Below are positions 58,249 to 64,000 of a stretch of DNA of 64,000 nt, in pieces. The notes below the pieces were generated by a model. The model was given only the letters and a program-made list of their open reading frames with translations, did not search any database and was not told where the DNA came from. The translations under genes were made by a program, and so were the position numbers. The stretch's first letter is position 1, and each line of letters opens with the position of its first letter. Source of the stretch: Squalus acanthias (Eukaryota); assembly GCA_030390025.1 (NCBI GenBank), contig CM059429.1, positions 138,012,001 through 138,076,000 on the forward strand. Direction: 5' to 3'.

Positions 58249-58441
58249 AAATGAGAAGTCGCACAACACCAGGTTATAGTCCAACAGTTTTATTTAAAAT
58301 TACGAGCTTTCGGAGCTCTGCTCCTTCTTCAGGTACAGGTACTAAGTGAGGGAATACAAATCGATTACACAGTATATATATACAGAGAGCAATGTGTCTG
58401 CAGAGATACAATCTGTTAGGGAGGCATTACATCAAAGACTT
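58249..58441 (-). mobile_element. Family A PLE 3'-end insertion with intact hammerhead motif (58301-58335)
   Basis: UAC-CUGAAGA-A-GGAGC-aga-GCUCC-GAAA-GC-UC-GUA; TSD CTTCTTTAA at 58240-58248 and 58442-58450; host is an L2-like tail. Confidence 0.82.
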
Positions 58442-58534
58442 CTTCTTTAAGACACAGCTTAAATCCTACCTCTTTGACCAAGCACTTAGTCACTGCTTCT
58501 AATATCTCCTTCATTGGCTCAGCATCCGGTTTTT

Positions 58535-60796
58535 TTTATTTGTTAATGGGATGTGGGCATCGCTGGCAATGCCAGCATTTATTGCCCATCCCTAGTTGCC
58601 CTTGAGAGGGTGGAGGTGAGCCGCCTTCTTGAACCTCTGCCATCCGTGTGGTGAAGGTACTCCCACAGTGCTGTTAGGGAGGGAGTTCCAGGATTTTAAC
58701 CCAGCGACAATGAAGGATCGGCGATATACTTCCAAGTCAGGATGGTGTGTGACTTGGAGGGGAACTTGGAGGTGACGGTGTTCCCATGCGTCTGCTGCCC
58801 TTGTCCTTCTAGGTGGTAGAGATCACGGGTTTGGGAGGTGCTGCCAAAGAAGCCTTGGCGAGTTGCTGCAGTGCATCTTGTAGATGGTACACACTGCAGC
58901 CACGGTACGCCGGTGGTGGAGGGAATGAATGTTTAAGGTGGTGAATGGGGTGCCAATCAAGTGGGCTGCTTTGTCCTGGATGGTGTCAAGCTTCTTGAAT
59001 GTTGTTGGAGCTGCACTCATCCAGGCAAGTGAAGAGTATTCCATCACACTCCTTACTTGTGCCTTGTAGATGGTGGAAAGGCTTTGGGGAGTCAGGAGGT
59101 GAGATACTCGCCACAGAATACCCAGCCTCTGACCCGCTGTTGTTGCCACAGTATTTATGTGGCTGGTCCAGTTAAGTTTCTGGTCAATGGTGACTCCCCC
59201 AGGATATTGATGGTGGGGGATTTGGCGATGTAAATGCCATTGAAAGTCAAGGAGCAGTGGTTAGACTCTCACTTATTGGAGATATTCATTGCCTGGCACT
59301 TGTGTAGCGTGAATGTTACCTGCCACTTATCAGCCCAAGCCTGAATGTCGTCCAGGTCTTGCTCCATGCGGGCATGGACTGCTTCATTATCTGAGGAGGT
59401 GCGAATGGCACTGAACACTGTGCAGTCATCAGCGGACATCCCCACTTCTGACCTTATGATGGAGGGAAGGTCATTGATGAAGCAGCTGAAGATGGTTGGG
59501 CCTAGGACACTGCCCTGAGGAACTCCTGCAGCGATGTCCTGACGCTGTGATGATTGACCTCCAATCACCACAACCATCTTCCTTTGTGCTAGGTATGACT
59601 CCAGCCAGTGAAGAGTTTCCCCCCCGATTCCCATTGACTTCAGTTTTACTAGGACTCTTTGATGCCACACTCGGTCAAATGTTACCTGGATGTCACGGGC
59701 AGTCACTCTCACCTCACCTCTGGAATTCAGCTCTTTTGTCCATGTTTTAACCAAGGCTGTAACGAGGTCTGGAGCCGAGTGGTCCTGGCAGAACCCAAAC
59801 TGGGCATCAGTGAGCAGGTTATTGGTGAGTAAGTGCCACTTGATAGCACTGTCGACGACACCTTCCATCACTTTGCTGATGATTGAGAGTAGACTGATGG
59901 GGCGGTAATTGGTCGGATTGAATTTGTCCTGCTTTTTGTGGACAGGACATACCTGGGCAGTTTTCCACATTGTCGGATAGATGCCAGTGTTGTAGCTGTG
60001 CTGGAAAAGCTTGGCTAGAGGTGTGGCTAGTTCTGGAGCACAAGTCTTCAGCACGACACCCGGGATATGTTGTCGGGGGCCACAGCCTTTGCTGTATCCA
60101 GTGCGCTCAGCCGTTTCTTGATATCACGTGGAGTGAATCAAATTGGCTGAAGACTGGCTTCTGTGGTGGTGGGGACCTGAAGAGTAGGCCGATATGGATC
60201 ATCCACTTGGCACTTCTGGCTGAAGATAGTTGCAAATGCTTCAGCCTTGTCTTTTGCACTCATGTGCTGGGCTCCACCATCATTGAGGATGGGGATATTC
60301 ATGGAGCTTCCTCCTCCCGTTAGTTGTTTAATGGTCCACCACCATTCACGACTGGATGTGGCAGGACTGCAGAGCTTTGATCTGATCCATTAATTGTGGG
60401 ATCGTTTAGCTCTGTGTATTGCATGCTGTTTCTGCTTTTTAGCATGCATGTAGTCCTGTGTTACAGCTTCCCCAGGTTGGCACCGCATTTTTAGGTATGC
60501 CTGCTGCTGCTCCTGGCATGCTCTTCTACACTCCTTATTGAACAGGGTTGGTCCCCTGGCTTGATGGTAATGGTAAAGTGAGGGATATGCCAGGCCATGA
60601 GGTTACAGATTGTGGTGGAATACAATTCTGCTGCTGCTGATGACCCACAGCGCCTCATGGATGCCCAGCTTTGAGCTGCTACATCTGTTCTGAATCTATC
60701 CCATTTAGCACGGTGGTCATGCCACACAACACGGTGGAGGGTGTCCTCAGTGTGAAGATGGGACTTCGTCTCCACAATAAATGTGCGGTGGTCACT
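58535..60796 (-). mobile_element. Non-LTR retrotransposon (CR1/L2 group), RT-containing 3' 2.3 kb, broken at 60796 by an LTR
   Basis: WKTAQVCPVHKK..NYRPISLLS..QFGF..FDRVWH..GVPQGSVLGP..SADD. Confidence 0.92.
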
Positions 60797-60797
60797 G

Positions 60798-61453
60798 TGT
60801 AAGATTTAGATCACAGGCCACACACAGATTACCCAAAGGGTCTTAGGAATTGTAAAGCATTTTATTAAAGAGCTACAGTTTAAAGCATAATCAGATATTA
60901 CTACATGCGATTGAAATAGATACAGTAGACATACAACCCATGACAGATGAGGGTGATCTACGGCCCTGGAATTGAATGAAACAACTGGATGGACGGTTGT
61001 TGGAGGTGTTGGGCCGTAGCAACCTCGGGGAAGCCTTCGCCCCTAACTGCCTGATTTCCTCTCTCGGTCGTCTATATTTATATTTCTTTTGGTGAGCTGG
61101 TGATTACCTGGTGTCAATCATTTGTTCCCCATCCTATTGTCCAATTATGAAGCGGGAAGGCATCCCTCACCGTCCCTTTCTGCATGGCTGGCGAGACCTC
61201 CCTCTTATCTTTCTGAGGAATGTTTTGTTATGTTTCTTTAAGGAAATTTATGACTTTTCGGCTCCATTCTGTCTATTATCCCACCACCCTGTGTTGTTTT
61301 GCATTTTACAATTCCCTTATCACTTCTATTTGTCTTTTGGTGCTTGTTATTCGACCTTGCTGGCATTTCTGTCATCTGTTCCTGGCTGCATGTTGTCAGT
61401 CTCTGTTCTAAGAATTAAAACCCCATCTTTGAATCTAACAGCTATTTCTTACA
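60798..61453 (-). mobile_element. 3' LTR of an ERV-like element, with adjacent internal sequence to ~62540
   Basis: Inverted ends TGTAAGA/TCTTACA. On the minus strand: polypurine tract AAAGAAGGGAAT (61454-61465) directly before TG, TATA-like at ~61071-61085, AATAAA at ~60861-60866. Confidence 0.72.
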
Positions 61454-62540
61454 ATTCCCTTCTTTGAGAAGGAAATATCCTTATTGACTTCTCACAATCG
61501 GCTCTTGACTAATCTAGTTAGTTCTTATTGCTCTCTCAACTTGGGCGTTAGTTAGGAGGGAGTCTCAGAAATGAAGGTTTCCCCCTTCCTTACAGTCCAT
61601 TCCTGTGAGGGGAAGGAGCAACCTCTGACCCCTTACTCAAATTCAATTCACTGTTCCGGTGTTCCAATTCTGCCCCGCCTGGGGTATCCTCTGTTTCTTC
61701 TATCTTTCCTGATCTTACCCCACCTGGGGTCTCCTCTACGATGCTTCGGATCTTCTCTTTCGGTGTGCTCAATTAATTTGTTGGTGCTGGTTAGTTGTAG
61801 GCATGAGTACCCAATTGGCTTGTGCATCAAAGTCTTACTACATAGGGTATACATATATCAAATACACTATCATTACAAGTTGGAGAACTACCAGAGCATG
61901 TGAAATAATACGAATCTAAGAGTGTGCTGATGTATTAAGCCCAATTTCCCACCAGTGTGAGTTGTCCTCTATGCTGTCAATTTCAATATCTATTCTCGGG
62001 TTGTCTTGCTCCAAAACATAAGCATGCTTTAGGGAGGAGTTCAGTCACATCACAAGCTCACTGAAACCCTCAGACAACAGGGGAATGTCATATCCAAATT
62101 GTGCCACATAATTGTGCAGCTCATACTTAAGTATCTCATTTACTGTCAGTTTCACTTGAGCATAGGTTTTGATATTGAGTAAAATGTGTTGGTTGATGGG
62201 ACAGGTCCTGCTAGACCCGTAAAGCGGTAGTAGTGACACAGGAGGCACCACCAAAACCACCTCATTACTGGATTTGTATTGGTTTTTCCCACGCTCTGTT
62301 ACCTACAAACACAATTATTACAGTTACAAGTTATAATTCAGTCTTACAATCATTTCAAGCGACACTACAGTTTAACATCTAATCAACAAATCATGGACTT
62401 AAAAGATTCTCCAATTTTCTTTTACTCGTATCCATCTTGTGGATAATTCTTGCTAAACATGATTTCTCCTTAGCCCTCAATCGTCCCAATCCAAATTCTT
62501 CAACTTAAATTTCAATCCCTCCAACAGGTACCAATGTGTT

Positions 62541-64000
62541 TAAAATAACAGAAAATGCTGGAAATACTCAGCAGGCCAGGCAGCATCCGTGGAGAGAGAA
62601 ACAGAGTTAACGTTTCAGGTCTGGGACCCTTCATCAGAACCGGAAAAAGCTGGAGATGTAACAGATATTAAGCAGGTGCAGAGACGGGGTGGGGGTTAGG
62701 AGGGGAGGAAGGAATTGAAAGAACATACTGTGCTTATGTAAGAGGCAGGAAAGATAAAATATTGCAAATGGGAATGGCAAAATCATACAGCATGAAAAAT
62801 GGGGGATGGGATTATTGTCTGAAATTGTTGAACTCGATGTTGAGTCCGGAAGGCTGTAAAGTGCCTAATCGAAAGATGAGGTGCTGTTCCTCTAGCTTAC
62901 GTTGAGCTTCATTGGAACAATGTAATAGGCCGAGGACAGAGAGATCAGAGTGGGAGTGAAGCGGAGAATTAAAGTGACAGGCGACCGGAAGCTCAGGGTC
63001 ACCCTTACGGACTGAACGGAGGTATTCCGCAAAGCAGTCACCCAATCTGCGTTTGGTCTCCCCAATGTAGAAGAGACCGCATCGTGAGCAGCGAATACAG
63101 TATATTAAATTGCAAGAAGTACAAGTAAATCGCTGTTTCACCTGGAAGGGGTGTTTGGGGCCCTGGACAGTGGGAAGGGAGGAGGTAAAAGGGCATGTGT
63201 TGCATCTCCTGCGCTTGCACGGGAAGGTGCCAGGCGAAGGAGAAGGGCTGTTAGGGGTGATTGAGGAGTGGACCAGGGTGTCGCGGAGGGAGCGGTCCCT
63301 TCGGAATGCTGAAAGGGGAGGTGAGGGGAAGATGTGTTTGGTGGTGGGATCACGTTGGAGGTGGCGGAAATGGCGGAGGATTATCCGTTGAATGTGGAGG
63401 CTGGTGGGGTGAAAGGTGAGGACAAGGGGAACCCTATCGTGGTTCTGGGAGGGAGGGAAGGGGTGAGAGCAGAAGTGCGGGAAATGGAACGGACACGGTC
63501 AAGGGCCGTGTCAACCACAGTAGAGGGGAATCCTCGGTTGAGGAAAAAGGAAGACATGTCGGAAGCACTGGTATGGAAGGTGGCATCGTCAGAACAGACG
63601 CGGCGGAGACGGAGAAACTGGGAGAATGGAATAGAGTCCTTACAGGAAGCGGGGTGGGAGGAAGTGTAGTCCAGGTAGCTGTGGGAGTCAGTGGGCTTGT
63701 AGTGGATGTTTGTCGAAAGCCGATCACCAGAAATGGAGACGGAGAAGTCAAGGAAGGGAAGGGAAGAGTCGGAGATAGACCATGTGAAGGTGAGGGAAGG
63801 GTGGAAATTGGAAGTAAAGTGAATGAACTTATCTAGTTCAGGTCGAGAGCAGGAAACGGCACCGATACAGTCATCGATGTACCGGAAAAAGAGGTGAGGG
63901 AGGGGACCTGAGTAGGACTGGAACAAAGAATGTTCCACATATCCCATGAACAGGCAGGCATAGCTAGGGCCCATGCGGGTTCCCATAGCAACACCTTTAA
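62541..64000 (-). mobile_element. Neptune-type Penelope-like element (family B), 3' portion, runs off the window
   Basis: AMGTRMGPSYA..RYIDDC..LPFLD..KPTD; FPCKRRRCNTC linker; NLIYCIRCSRCGLFYIGETKRRL GIY-YIG; pLTR 62541-62645. Confidence 0.93.
62606..62640 (-). ncRNA. Minimal hammerhead ribozyme motif (family B)
   Basis: GUU-CUGAUGA-A-GGGUC-cca-GACCU-GAAA-CG-UU-AAC. Confidence 0.75.

Overview
Vertebrate genomic DNA, very likely from a cartilaginous fish, judged by HE1/V-SINE and Deu-domain SacSINE1-like SINEs and dense CR1 LINEs. There is a 500-N gap at 2573-3072. One host gene is supported: a + strand, 9-coding-exon EWI-family immunoglobulin gene (3958-49054; 3078-nt CDS, 1025 aa). It encodes a signal peptide, seven V-type Ig domains, a transmembrane helix and a short basic tail, and is best read as CD101/IGSF2-like with strong IGSF3 similarity. 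The rest is mostly mobile DNA: CR1 and other LINE fragments, SINEs, PIF/Harbinger remnants and MITEs, the 3' LTR of an ERV-like element, and two families of Neptune-type Penelope-like elements (PLEs). Most notable: (1) both PLE families carry minimal hammerhead ribozyme motifs that covary across copies, and both have left tiny 75-195 bp insertions flanked by target-site duplications (TSDs), some of them fold-back; (2) a chimeric insertion in intron 1 joins a CR1 tail to a ~720-bp inverted copy of nearby intron sequence; (3) Ig domains 6 and 7 look like an internal exon duplication. All comparisons to known proteins and repeat families are from memory, with no database search. Repeat boundaries are approximate unless junctions are quoted.
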